A stretch of 64,000 bases of DNA from an uncultured Candidatus Saccharibacteria bacterium (GCA_964610055.1 CAZSUC010000001.1:287994-351993), one strand, 5' to 3'. Counted from the stretch's first letter, positions 42,119 to 52,362 are shown. Program-made: numbers and translations. The notes: generated by a model not told the origin, from the sequence alone.

Positions 42119-43468
42119 TTATATTTTAACAGGAAACTTTTTAGTTAATACTTTTACTTCTTGTGCTATTTGCCCTAATTCAGTCGATTCTGATACTTGT
42201 TTTTCAAACTCATCTATGGGTAAATCAGCCCATGGTTTTACAATGTCTTGCACTTGTCGCATCCATTTTGCAATGCGACGCATTTCTGGTTTTTTCATTC
42301 CGCGTGTTGTCACCCACGGTGTTCCCAAACGTAACGCCGATGGATTAGCTGGCGAACGAGTTTCTTGTGGCATCGTATTAAAATTTGCAATTAAACCAGC
42401 TTGTGCCATTGCTTTTGCCATCGGCTTTCCCAAGACCGGACCTTCAGATAGGTCAACTAAAATTAAATGCTTGTCTGTTCCGCCAGTCACTAGTTTAAAG
42501 CCTTCCTTTTGCAATGACTCAGCTAACGTTTGCGCATTCACGACAACTTGCTGAGCATATTTCTTAAAAGCCGGTGTTAAAGCTTCACCTAAACCCACGC
42601 AAATACCGGCAATATTATGATTATGCGGTCCGCCTTGTAATCCTGGTAATACTGCGCGATTAATTTTAGCAATCAAATCTTTGTGCGCTAAAATAATTGC
42701 GCCGCGGCCTGACCGCAAAGTTTTATGAGTAGTCATGGTAACAATATCAGCAATGCCTACCGGAGAGGGAACTACTCCTGCCGCAATCAAACCGGCTTCA
42801 TGGGCAATATCAGCCATATAAAGTGCGCCAACTTTTTTTGCTATTCTTTTGACGCGCCGGTAATCAATATTGCGGGGATAAGCCGTGCCACCAGTAATAA
42901 TTAGTTTAGGCTGATACTTTTCCGCGATTCGCTCTATCTCTTTATAGTTAAATTGTCTTGTTTTCGGATCCGTCTTGTACTGCACTGTTTTAAATATGCG
43001 GGAAGTAATATGGACTTTGCGACTCCCGCCTTCATAAACTAAATTCTCAGGATCAGCCGCTTGCTTTGGTTCGTATGACCACCCATGAGACAAGTGTCCG
43101 CCATCTGGCAAATACATCCCCATCATTGTGTCGCCGATATTCAGCACTGCCAGGTAAACTGCCAAATTAGCGTTACTGCCTGATAAGGCTTGCACATTTG
43201 CTCCCCAGTTTTTTGGCGCCTTAAAAACTTCCACCGCCCGTTCAATCGTTAACTGCTCTAACGCATCGACATTTTGATTGCCTTCGTAGTATCGTGCGCC
43301 CACATTACCTTCTGAATATTTATGTGCCAATACTGATCCAACTGCTCGTCGTACATTTGAAGAGAAGAAATTTTCTGACGGAATCAAAGATATTTGTTCT
43401 TGTTGCCGTTTTTGCTCGGCTTTGATAATGGCGGTTACTTCTGGATCATTTGTGAGAGTTTTAGGCAT
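42119..43468 (-). CDS. glyA: Serine hydroxymethyltransferase
   Basis: LIPSENF, KYSEG...RYY.G, GGHLSHG, TTHKTLR, QGGP. Confidence 0.97.
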   Translation of the reverse strand: MPKTLTNDPEVTAIIKAEQKRQQEQISLIPSENFFSSNVRRAVGSVLAHKYSEGNVGARYYEGNQNVDALEQLTIERAVEVFKAPKNWGANVQALSGSNANLAVYLAVLNIGDTMMGMYLPDGGHLSHGWSYEPKQAADPENLVYEGGSRKVHITSRIFKTVQYKTDPKTRQFNYKEIERIAEKYQPKLIITGGTAYPRNIDYRRVKRIAKKVGALYMADIAHEAGLIAAGVVPSPVGIADIVTMTTHKTLRSGRGAIILAHKDLIAKINRAVLPGLQGGPHNHNIAGICVGLGEALTPAFKKYAQQVVVNAQTLAESLQKEGFKLVTGGTDKHLILVDLSEGPVLGKPMAKAMAQAGLIANFNTMPQETRSPANPSALRLGTPWVTTRGMKKPEMRRIAKWMRQVQDIVKPWADLPIDEFEKQVSESTELGQIAQEVKVLTKKFPVKI

Positions 43469-43584
43469 CGTTTATTTATAGCTCACCTTGTTAGGCAATG
43501 GAAGTTGACAAATACTTTTTCCAAGGGCACATTAACACCGATCTGTTTCTCTCGTTCTCTTGCCAACCAAATAAGGAATTTTTC

Positions 43585-44304
43585 ATGTCTAACCAACCTC
43601 CTTACACTTCTTACGTTCTGCCTTTGTCTATCCCTGAGCAAATCGCAACTTTGTGTCGTCACTGGCCTAAACTGGATCCGCAACCGGCCTTGAACTTTTT
43701 TGAGACTGTTTGCTCTCAGGCCTCTCTCCCGGATTGGGTTGAAGGATGGTTTGCTATCGTTCGTCCTAAATTCTTTGGCGCTACTTCTGCCGCTGATCTA
43801 CAGCCTGTCCTGGACGCTTTATCTCGTGATCGGAATGGTCAATTTCGTAATTTTTGCCCTCCTATCACAGCGCATCAAGAACATTGTGCTGAACAATGTT
43901 CGCAAGAACGACCCGCAACCGGAAGTAACTGGAAGCTACCCCATTGGCCCAGTCACTCTGACATTCAATTTATTCCCGCACAGTTTGGCAAAAAATACTT
44001 AGGGACATCAGCCTGTCAATCTTGTGCAAGCATGTCAATTTACGAAATCGGCCTGAGTACTCGTACTCTTAGTTTAATGCTTCTAACTCACCCACATCGC
44101 CTGATTGCACCTCAAGACCCTTGGATCTTGTGCGCAAAAGATCGATGTCCTTCTCCGTTTGACAAGCACGTATTCGATAATGTGCCTGACTTTTTCTGGG
44201 CCGAGGGCCAGCTTGGCCTTGACGTCATGTACATGTGCGATGCGAATCCGCGTTTTTGCACGCCTTCTATGTTTCGCCCGGAAAACTTGCTTGGTCTGTG
44301 TTAA
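43585..44304 (+). CDS. Orphan protein, putative CLec-like/DGR-target-like family
   Basis: AAGGA SD before ATG 43585; LP..VEGWFAI, PAQFG..Y.G.S, MLLTHP.RL; inserted opposite to glyA/folA. Confidence 0.6.
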   Translation: MSNQPPYTSYVLPLSIPEQIATLCRHWPKLDPQPALNFFETVCSQASLPDWVEGWFAIVRPKFFGATSAADLQPVLDALSRDRNGQFRNFCPPITAHQEHCAEQCSQERPATGSNWKLPHWPSHSDIQFIPAQFGKKYLGTSACQSCASMSIYEIGLSTRTLSLMLLTHPHRLIAPQDPWILCAKDRCPSPFDKHVFDNVPDFFWAEGQLGLDVMYMCDANPRFCTPSMFRPENLLGLC

Positions 44305-44311
44305 CAACCAC

Positions 44312-44342
44312 GAGCTTCCCGCTCACGCCGGAAGCTCTTTTC
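44312..44342 (+). terminator. Terminator of the orphan ORF, overlapping the folA 3' end
   Basis: GAGCTTCC...GGAAGCTC-TTTT. Confidence 0.65.
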
Positions 44343-44811
44343 TTATCCATCTTTCATATCTGAATAGGTCATATTCTCGTTGCGTTACTTTGCGCCAATT
44401 ATTCCAATTAATCTTTGGGAACCAAACATCTCCTTCCCACGCACCTTTTATCCATGACACATGTATTTCATTGGCTTGTGTCTCAAACGTTTTGTATGTC
44501 TTTGCTCCGCCAATAATCCAAATTTTATTTTTCTGATCAGACAATGCCATCGCATCTTGCGGACTTTTTGCTGTAATCGCTCCCTCAAATATCGTCTTAG
44601 CATGACTTAATACAATATTTTTTCTTTTCTCTAACGGAGAATTCAGGCTTTCAAAAGTCTTTCGCCCCATGATTACCGTTCCGCCTTGAGTTAGTTTTCG
44701 AAACAACTTTCTGTCTGCCGGCACGTCCCACGGGATGCGCCCACCTCGCCCAATCACTCCATTCTCTGCGATCGCGACAATAAGCGCTACTTTATTGGTT
44801 TGTTCGTTCAA
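44323..44811 (-). CDS. folA: Dihydrofolate reductase
   Basis: ENGVIG..G.IPW...D, VIMGRKTFES, R.NIVLS, IIGGA, GD.WFP. Confidence 0.95.
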   Translation of the reverse strand: MNEQTNKVALIVAIAENGVIGRGGRIPWDVPADRKLFRKLTQGGTVIMGRKTFESLNSPLEKRKNIVLSHAKTIFEGAITAKSPQDAMALSDQKNKIWIIGGAKTYKTFETQANEIHVSWIKGAWEGDVWFPKINWNNWRKVTQREYDLFRYERWIRKELPA

Positions 44812-46525
44812 GTTCTTTTAACTTATTTTGAATCTTCTCTTCTTGTCCTCGTCGCGCAAATTCATATTCTCCCATGTTAACTCGCATATATCTCGTTACT
44901 AGGGGATATACCTGCTGTAATTGTCGAAACTTTTCTTGTTCAATGTGCCGATAATCCGGGTGTCCTTCCGGAATCGTTCTTAGCTCCATTTCCCAGAAGC
45001 ATTGACGCAAATTTTCCCACTGCATAAATCGTAATCGATGCGCTAATGTCACCGCATATTGCGCTAATTCCGGATCATGCTTCGCAATTTTATAATGGAC
45101 AACTTCTACTTGCTTAACCGCTTGCTTAAATTCATCTGCTAATCCCGCTTCTTCTAATTCAATCGGTACATCAAAACCATGTTTGCAAGTAAATAACTGT
45201 CGTTGTTGGGTTAGCATGCGATGACGTTGTACGTCTCGCCAAGCACCAATATTCATTAAAATCTCAAATCTGACGTATGCATTTTCAAATGCCCGCCCTA
45301 CTTTCTGCCAACGATCCGATCTAATACCTAAATATGTCTCCATAATTTCTCGTCTTTCCGGATATGACAGTCGCTGTACTACCTCAAAAATCTCATTCCA
45401 AGAACGATGATTGTTATTCGCTCCGTATAGCATGCCAGTTAATATTTTCTCCTCACCTAAAGCATCGTATTCAGCCAGCTTTACTCTAGGCATATCTGGT
45501 CCCGTCTCAATCCCGGTTGCATCTAAATATTCTTCCACTATCGGCATCATTCGCTCGTTCTTGCGGGATAAATATTCTTGATAAGCTTGCGCTCGCGCCT
45601 TTTTATCCGGATCCTCAACGCGTAATCGACGCAAGAACGACGGTGCAATCTGCATTAATTCCGCATAGCCTTGATCAGCCGCCCAGCGGATTTCGCCTAA
45701 GCGGTGTCGTAATGATCGTGCCATCATATATTCAAATGCTTGTCCGTTACCAAAGAATGCGACCTGTGATAAGGTTGCCGTTGGTAATAACCCCCGCAGA
45801 CAATCAAACACTTTCGATTGTATGACTTTCACATCCTCGTCCGGATATCTATTTGCTAACCAATTTTTCAACGGTTCCTTGAGCCGTGTATAAGTTTCAA
45901 ACAAATTATCCATCGCTGCTCGGTACTCTGTTTCTAATCCGATGCGTTTCAATTCCGGGTCTGTGTAGTACCGGTACGATCCCTGAACTTTCTGAGAATA
46001 ATCAACGTAACGGGTTGATTTTTCTAACGGCGCTAACCCGATGCGCTGATCTTCAAAATGCTTAATTGCAACTTGGGACAAGCCAACATAAACCAAATGC
46101 ATGCCCGCCATCTGCGCTATCGAATCATCACCATATTGCGCTAACCAGGTGTTATAAAACGATCGTGCTCTTGGATTCGAAAAAATCCTCTGAATTGGAT
46201 GAAAACCTAGAAACCGAATGAAATGCTTCAAATCATCACTATAAGCTTGTTTTTGTTGCCAGGTCTCTTCGGTATCTTTTTCCGTTCTTTCTGGTTCTAA
46301 AAATGGTCTTAAGTATTCTCGTAAAAAAATCACGCGCAAATCATCAGCTGCACGGCTAGTGCGTGAACACAGGGCTCCTGTTACTTCCGGTGATAAAATC
46401 ATCGGCGCATAAACCGGCTTATCTAAATTTGTAAAAAAATGCCGCAATTGCGCTCGCTCCAAATCCGTATATTGGTCTCGCTCAAATACTGGCGCGTAAT
46501 CCGCTAAATTATCAGTTTCCTTCAT
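44792..46525 (-). CDS. thyX: FAD-dependent thymidylate synthase, long duplicated-domain form
   Basis: YGDDS, EKSTRYVD, RGLLP.AT, RDVQRHR, ELRT..GH..YR. Confidence 0.9.
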   Translation of the reverse strand: MKETDNLADYAPVFERDQYTDLERAQLRHFFTNLDKPVYAPMILSPEVTGALCSRTSRAADDLRVIFLREYLRPFLEPERTEKDTEETWQQKQAYSDDLKHFIRFLGFHPIQRIFSNPRARSFYNTWLAQYGDDSIAQMAGMHLVYVGLSQVAIKHFEDQRIGLAPLEKSTRYVDYSQKVQGSYRYYTDPELKRIGLETEYRAAMDNLFETYTRLKEPLKNWLANRYPDEDVKVIQSKVFDCLRGLLPTATLSQVAFFGNGQAFEYMMARSLRHRLGEIRWAADQGYAELMQIAPSFLRRLRVEDPDKKARAQAYQEYLSRKNERMMPIVEEYLDATGIETGPDMPRVKLAEYDALGEEKILTGMLYGANNNHRSWNEIFEVVQRLSYPERREIMETYLGIRSDRWQKVGRAFENAYVRFEILMNIGAWRDVQRHRMLTQQRQLFTCKHGFDVPIELEEAGLADEFKQAVKQVEVVHYKIAKHDPELAQYAVTLAHRLRFMQWENLRQCFWEMELRTIPEGHPDYRHIEQEKFRQLQQVYPLVTRYMRVNMGEYEFARRGQEEKIQNKLKELERTNQ

Positions 46526-46588
46526 AAAAATCTTAAATTATGGAACAATAATCTATCTGCATCGTTTCATAATTGTTTGGTCTTGTAA

Positions 46589-47848
46589 ATGTCAGATCTC
46601 AATCCACAACTCGCTTACATGTATTCATTAGAGCGTTTTGGTATTAAGCCTGGCTTAGATACTATCAGTCGTCTTTTAGCCGCCTTAGGTCACCCAGAAC
46701 GTCAATTCCGTTCCATCCATATTACTGGTACAAACGGCAAGGGGAGTACTGCTGCCCTTATCGCCAGTATCCTCCAAGCATCCGGTCAACGCGTCGGCCT
46801 GTATACCAGTCCTCATTTGCTTCGCTTCAATGAGCGTATACAAGTCAATTCTGAGCAAATTTTTGATTCTGATCTTAGTCACCTTATTCAAACCGTTCGT
46901 ACTGCTGCTAACTCTCATAATTTACAGCCAACTTTTTTTGAATTTACTACTGCTCTCGCTTTTCTCTATTTCTCTCTCAAATCACTCGACATTGCTATCA
47001 TCGAAGTTGGCTTAGGCGGTCGTTTTGATGCCACCAATGTCATCATGCCTGATTTAGCTATTATCACTAATGTTGGCTGGGATCATGCTGATATTATTGG
47101 CCCACAACTCACTGATATTGCCGCTGAAAAAGCCGGCATTATCAAACCGGGTATTCCAGTTATTACTGCCGAAACTGATCCTAAGATTTTATCGTATTTC
47201 CGTGAAATTTGCGCCGCTCAATCTGCTCAATTGCTCACTGTTTCCGAACACTTATCTGCTCGTGCCATTGCTTCAAATTGGCGTTATCAAACTATTCAAA
47301 TTTCCGGCCAAATTTCCGATCAATTTAATTTGCCTTTACTTGGAGCACATCAAATAACCAATGCTCTCACTGCTATTCTATCCGTGCTTACTTTATCGTC
47401 TGTCGCTCAAAACATCTCTTCAATTTTACAGCCAGGCCTCGCCCAAGTTGTTTGGCCTGGTCGTTTACAAGTGCTATCTGAGCATCCCTTAGTCTTAATT
47501 GATGGCGCTCACAATGAACCCGGACTCAAAGCCCTGGATAATTTTCTTGACCAAAACATGCCAACTGGTGATGTGATCGTCCTCGGTATTAAGCAAGGGA
47601 AAAACACGCTCGCCTCCTTTCAGCCTATCATCTCTCGTTTTAAACATGTCATTACCACCGAAGGCACTTATCAACCACTGTCGGCTCATAATCTAGCTGA
47701 CTCACTCCGTGCTTTTCATACTAATGTCCAAGCTATTCCAAATTCTGCCCAAGCTCTGCAAACCGCTCATAATCTTTTGCCTCAAACTGGCCGTCTACTT
47801 GTTACGGGTTCTCTATACCTTCTTCCGGCTGCGCTTTCAAGTATTTAA
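46589..47848 (+). CDS. folC: Folylpolyglutamate/dihydrofolate synthase
   Basis: HITGTNGKGS, YTSPHL..FNERI, EVGLGGRFDATN, WPGR, DGAHN, TGSLY. Confidence 0.95.
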   Translation: MSDLNPQLAYMYSLERFGIKPGLDTISRLLAALGHPERQFRSIHITGTNGKGSTAALIASILQASGQRVGLYTSPHLLRFNERIQVNSEQIFDSDLSHLIQTVRTAANSHNLQPTFFEFTTALAFLYFSLKSLDIAIIEVGLGGRFDATNVIMPDLAIITNVGWDHADIIGPQLTDIAAEKAGIIKPGIPVITAETDPKILSYFREICAAQSAQLLTVSEHLSARAIASNWRYQTIQISGQISDQFNLPLLGAHQITNALTAILSVLTLSSVAQNISSILQPGLAQVVWPGRLQVLSEHPLVLIDGAHNEPGLKALDNFLDQNMPTGDVIVLGIKQGKNTLASFQPIISRFKHVITTEGTYQPLSAHNLADSLRAFHTNVQAIPNSAQALQTAHNLLPQTGRLLVTGSLYLLPAALSSI

Positions 47849-47851
47849 ACA

Positions 47852-47884
47852 ATAAAATGAGGCCTTGCATCGCTGCAAGGCCTC
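47852..47884 (-). terminator. Terminator between convergent folC and orphan ORF
   Basis: GAGGCCTTGCA-tcgc-TGCAAGGCCTC with a U-rich tail on the minus strand. Confidence 0.7.
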
Positions 47885-47895
47885 TGACGCACTAG

Positions 47896-48573
47896 TTAGT
47901 GCGCCGCCGGGACGACTTCGATCACTTGCTCTTGAAAAACAAGAACAGAGTCGGGCTTAATCGGTACTGCCTCCGAACCTTTACGTTGACCATTCTTGTC
48001 CTTGAGCCAAGTCTTCATCGGAACCCCGTTGCCATCGTATCGGGGATTACGAAGTTCCAGATTAATGCTCAGGGCATATTTTTCAGGAATCACCGTACCT
48101 TCAGTACAAAACGGGTTCAAAAAAGCCCGCACGCGCCAAAAAGCCTCTTCACAAACCCGTTGCAACGCTTTCTGGAGCTCGTCACCCATCCCCCGGATTT
48201 TTTGCGAGGGTGCCGCATGTTGGCGGTCGCAAAACACAAAGCTCATGACATAGTAGTCAGCGGGCCGTGCAGCCGATCGTTGATCGTGCCTACCCGTCCT
48301 CTGTTGAAAGCGGAGATCAGAGAGTGTATAACCCCGACCCAACCCTGCCAGGAATGGCAACACGTCCACATTCTCGGCCGGGTTAATGACTAATCTACCT
48401 TGAGGGATTGTCTCTTGAGGTTTATGACGACCCTCGTCAACTTCGCACTCAAGTCCCTCCCAGATGCATTCCGGCGCCACAAGTGGATTTGTGAAGGCGA
48501 ATCGCAGCAGGATCAAGCGGATATCTTGAGGATGGACTTCAGACAAACGACGAGATGCGGTAGTAGCGCCCAC
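47896..48573 (-). CDS. Orphan hypothetical protein
   Basis: AAGGAG SD 6 nt before GTG 48573; own terminator. Confidence 0.55.
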   Translation of the reverse strand: MGATTASRRLSEVHPQDIRLILLRFAFTNPLVAPECIWEGLECEVDEGRHKPQETIPQGRLVINPAENVDVLPFLAGLGRGYTLSDLRFQQRTGRHDQRSAARPADYYVMSFVFCDRQHAAPSQKIRGMGDELQKALQRVCEEAFWRVRAFLNPFCTEGTVIPEKYALSINLELRNPRYDGNGVPMKTWLKDKNGQRKGSEAVPIKPDSVLVFQEQVIEVVPAAH

Positions 48574-48652
48574 TGTAGGCTCCTTCGTGAAAAAGGACGC
48601 AAGCGAAAAAGAACCACCCAACAGTACACAAGTACATGTTGAATTAATCATC

Positions 48653-48678
48653 TTGTCATAAAATATATTTTATGTCAA
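48653..48678. promoter_or_regulatory. Palindrome overlapping a minus-strand promoter
   Basis: Perfect 18-bp palindrome CATAAAATATATTTTATG at 48657-48674; minus strand TTGACA-N17-CAAGAT. Confidence 0.5.
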
Positions 48679-48733
48679 TAAACAGCCACATCTCCTGCTT
48701 GCCCCTCTGCTCTAAACCAACTATTTTCAATAT

Positions 48734-50200
48734 ATGCCCACTCGTAATTTAGAAGCTGTTATTGGTCTGGAAATTCACATCCAGCTCAAAACTCAAAGTA
48801 AAATGTTTTGTCGTTGTGCTAACATTTTCGGCGATGTCCCGCCTAACTCTGCTATCTGCCCCATCTGTTTGGGTTATCCTGGCACCCTGCCGGTGCCCAA
48901 TCAAGTCGCCATTACTTGGACTCAAAAAACTGGCGCGGCTCTAAATTGCGAATTAGCTCTGCAAAGTAAATTTGATCGCAAAAGTTATTTTTATCCTGAT
49001 TTGCCCAAGGGTTATCAGATCAGCCAATATGACCAACCTTTTTGTGGGCCCGGACATTTAGATGTTGTCGTTGCCGGTCAACCCCGCACTATTGGTATTA
49101 CTCGCATTCATTTAGAAGAGGATGCCGCTAAAAATACTCACCCCGCTGGCGCTAATTACACCTTGGTTGATTATAATCGCGCGGGCACTCCTTTAATGGA
49201 AATTGTTACTGAACCTGATCTGCGCACTCCTGCAGAAGCACGCGTCTTTTTGCAGGAATTGCAGCGCATTGTCCGTTCTCTCAATGTTTCTGATGCCGAT
49301 ATGGAAAAAGGCCAGCTTCGTTGCGACGCTAACATTTCTCTGCGTGAGCAAGGCACAACTGAACTCCATCCTAAAACAGAAATAAAAAACGTAAATTCTT
49401 TCCGGTTTGTTGAGAAGGCTCTAACCTATGAAATCAAACGGCAAACAGAGCTTTGGGAACAAAATCAAATTCCCCAAATATCTTCCACGCGTGGTTTTAA
49501 TTCTCATACCGGCAAAACCACTGAACAGCGTTCTAAAGAAGCTGCCGCTGATTATCGCTATTTCCCGGAACCAGATATTCCTCCATTTACTTTCACTGCA
49601 GACGAACTCGGCGCCATTCGTGCGTTGGTCGGCGAATTACCTGGTGCTCAAGAAAGTCGCCTAATCAAAGAATTCGGCGTTACTGATCAAATTGCCGCCC
49701 AGTTAGTTCGCTTGCCTGATTTAACCAGTTTCTTTGAGTCAACCTGTTCTGAGCTCAAGCAGCTCGACAACGAACAAACTGACATTTCTCCCGCTGAAAT
49801 TCCTGCTCTTATTCAATTAGCCGCTAATTTATTATTACGTTATCTCAAATCTGACATTGCTCAAGCCACTCCTCAGAATTTTGCTGAATTAGTCGTCCTG
49901 ATTCATCATGGCAAAGTCAATAAGGGAGCAGCGGGGGATGTTATAGCTGAAATGACTCGTACTGGCGGTGATCCCGATCACATTATTCAAAACCTCGGTT
50001 TGGAACAAGTTAGTGACACCAATAAACTCGCTGCTCATATCGATGCTGTTATTGCTTCCAATCCTGACATTGTGGCTAAAATCAAAGCCGGTAAAACTGC
50101 TGCTACCCAAGCTCTGATGGGACAAGTTATGGGTCGCACCCAGGGCAAAGCCAGCCCCGCTGAAGTCATGAAACTTTTATCTGAGAAACTTAAGGACTAG
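48734..50200 (+). CDS. gatB: Asp/Glu-tRNA amidotransferase subunit B
   Basis: IGLEIH.QL.T.SKMF, FDRK.YFYPDLPKGYQISQ, YRYFPEPD. Confidence 0.98.
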   Translation: MPTRNLEAVIGLEIHIQLKTQSKMFCRCANIFGDVPPNSAICPICLGYPGTLPVPNQVAITWTQKTGAALNCELALQSKFDRKSYFYPDLPKGYQISQYDQPFCGPGHLDVVVAGQPRTIGITRIHLEEDAAKNTHPAGANYTLVDYNRAGTPLMEIVTEPDLRTPAEARVFLQELQRIVRSLNVSDADMEKGQLRCDANISLREQGTTELHPKTEIKNVNSFRFVEKALTYEIKRQTELWEQNQIPQISSTRGFNSHTGKTTEQRSKEAAADYRYFPEPDIPPFTFTADELGAIRALVGELPGAQESRLIKEFGVTDQIAAQLVRLPDLTSFFESTCSELKQLDNEQTDISPAEIPALIQLAANLLLRYLKSDIAQATPQNFAELVVLIHHGKVNKGAAGDVIAEMTRTGGDPDHIIQNLGLEQVSDTNKLAAHIDAVIASNPDIVAKIKAGKTAATQALMGQVMGRTQGKASPAEVMKLLSEKLKD

Positions 50201-51123
50201 AACCCAGTCGCTTGCATTGCTTCTGACCTAGACTTAAACCATTTGATTTCTGATCGTTGTCGCCACCAACTCATCTGTCGATGCGCGTACCGCATGTTAA
50301 CTTTGATCATCTCCGCCACCGCTTCTTCTTGGTTAATCTCTTTATTCAAAACTTGTTTTGCTTGACGATAATTCATTGTGTTTAGTAACGGTAAATCCGA
50401 ACCGTATTGTTTCATTAGTTGAGCCGTCTCAGCTAATAGACCATCTTGCATCCATGTTACACATCGTGTTTGTACTCGTTCTCGCAGTTCTTCCCATCCC
50501 GGAAACAAGCCAATCATTTCTACTTGGTATTTTGGCTTATTTTGTTTGCGCTGTTTATGTAAAGGTTGGCCCGTTGCACGCACAATTTCTAGTGCTCTAA
50601 TTAACCGCCGCTTATTCTCTGTATCAATTTCACCTTCCGCACTTGGATCAAGTCGTAATAATTCCGCATATAACTCGGCGGCTGATTTTGCTTCCGCCGA
50701 CTGCCGCCATGCCTCATCTGGTGGAACTTCCGGCAAGGCATAGTTAAACACGACGCTGTCCACATACAACATTGTTCCGCCAACTAATAACGGTGTCATA
50801 CCACTTTGAATCAGCATATCCATTGATTTCATTGCGCAAAATTGCCACTGCGCTAAATTCACTAATTCTGTGGGCGCGCTCATGTTAAATAAATAGTGGG
50901 GGATACCTTCAATTTCATCTGCTTGGCAGGCCGCGTGCGGATAATTAGCCCACACTTCTTTTGGTTTCGCTGTCCCGATATTCATTCCTGCATACACCTG
51001 ACGCGAATCCGCTGAAACTACTGCTCCGTGTCTGACTTTTGCTAATTGAATTCCCAGATCAGTTTTACCGGTGGCCGTTGGTCCGATAATAGCCACCACT
51101 ACCGGCAACGTATCCCTATTCAT
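50197..51123 (-). CDS. miaA: tRNA dimethylallyltransferase
   Basis: GPTATGKT, SADSRQVY.GMNIGTAKP, VGGT.LY, YA.RQ.SW. Confidence 0.95.
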   Translation of the reverse strand: MNRDTLPVVVAIIGPTATGKTDLGIQLAKVRHGAVVSADSRQVYAGMNIGTAKPKEVWANYPHAACQADEIEGIPHYLFNMSAPTELVNLAQWQFCAMKSMDMLIQSGMTPLLVGGTMLYVDSVVFNYALPEVPPDEAWRQSAEAKSAAELYAELLRLDPSAEGEIDTENKRRLIRALEIVRATGQPLHKQRKQNKPKYQVEMIGLFPGWEELRERVQTRCVTWMQDGLLAETAQLMKQYGSDLPLLNTMNYRQAKQVLNKEINQEEAVAEMIKVNMRYAHRQMSWWRQRSEIKWFKSRSEAMQATGF

Positions 51124-51658
51124 TTTTTTCTTTCCAAAAATTATCTTTCACTCCTTGTACGTAATTTAACGCGCGTGCCAAAGTAAACAGATAATCACTT
51201 AAACGATTCAAATACCGTATGCATATCTCGGGTATTTCTTGGTGTTGATTAACCGTTACCACTCGTCTTTCTGCTCTTCTTACTACCGTTCGTGTTAATT
51301 GCGCTAAAGCCGCTAACTCTGTTCCGCCAGGTAAAATAAACTGGTTTAATTTTGGTAACTCTTCCGTAGTTTCATCAATCATGCGCTCCAGCTCAATAAT
51401 ATCTTGTTCATTCGGGTGCTCATTAACTCTTTTGGGATCCGCTATAACCACATTTAAGTCAAACAATCTGCGCTGAATATTTTCTAACTGCATTCGTGTT
51501 ATTCCAATTTCTGGCCTTGCCGCCATCACGCCTAGCCATGCATTAGCTTCATCAACCGTTCCTAAAGCTTCAGTTCGAATGTGGTTTTTCGGTACTCTTG
51601 TCCCGTCTAATAAACCTGTTTCTCCTTTATCGCCAGTTTTCGTATAAATTGGACTCAT
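51116..51658 (-). CDS. PduO-type cob(I)alamin adenosyltransferase
   Basis: IYTKTGDKGETGL, GTVDE.N, FILPGG, RTVVRRAER, YLNRLSDYLF. Confidence 0.92.
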   Translation of the reverse strand: MSPIYTKTGDKGETGLLDGTRVPKNHIRTEALGTVDEANAWLGVMAARPEIGITRMQLENIQRRLFDLNVVIADPKRVNEHPNEQDIIELERMIDETTEELPKLNQFILPGGTELAALAQLTRTVVRRAERRVVTVNQHQEIPEICIRYLNRLSDYLFTLARALNYVQGVKDNFWKEKNE

Positions 51659-51714
51659 CTATCTTAGCCTGCATTCACTTTCGTTAAAGCGCAAGCTTAC
51701 GTTACACTATATTT

Positions 51715-52362
51715 ATGTTTCATTTGCTTAGTTTCCGTAACCTTATCGTCATCGCCCTTATTGGCTTCCTGATGTTTTCCGGAGTTTTAGAAGTTCAAGT
51801 TCATCCTGACAAAATAGGTGGTCTCGGCAGTAAATTCGCCGAACTTACGCACGGTCAACGCTGGGCCTCATCTTTATCTTATTATTTCACCCAAGCTAAA
51901 CGTGCCGGGGAACAAAAACTCATTGGAGATAATAATAAACGCCTTGATCTCGCTCTTGAATACGTTCACGAAGACAGCCGTGCAATCGCCGATAATCTTC
52001 TCGCCGATACTGACACAACTGCTCTTACGTATGATGTCGATTTACTCCAGGCCAGTATTCAACACACCAAAGACGCTCTTGAAAAAGCCTCCGCCGACGA
52101 TCTTGTCGCTCGCCAAGCTGATATTACTGCTTCCTTCCAATCTGCTGCCGCTTCTTTTCGCCAATTACAAGCCGCCGCTGTTGCCCAAGCCGACACCGCC
52201 GACGAACTTAATCGTTTAGCGGAATCCTTAGCTAGTTATCTTGGTAGCTATGCTGCCGCTGAATCAGCACAAAACGACAGTTCGGTTGCTGGCGCCCAAG
52301 ATACAGCTACCTCAACTGAACCCACCTTTCAACCCGCCCCGGATATTCCTTTATCTTTTTAA
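51715..52362 (+). CDS. Membrane-anchored helical hypothetical protein
   Basis: N-terminal TM, Ala-rich helices, low-complexity tail. Confidence 0.6.
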   Translation: MFHLLSFRNLIVIALIGFLMFSGVLEVQVHPDKIGGLGSKFAELTHGQRWASSLSYYFTQAKRAGEQKLIGDNNKRLDLALEYVHEDSRAIADNLLADTDTTALTYDVDLLQASIQHTKDALEKASADDLVARQADITASFQSAAASFRQLQAAAVAQADTADELNRLAESLASYLGSYAAAESAQNDSSVAGAQDTATSTEPTFQPAPDIPLSF

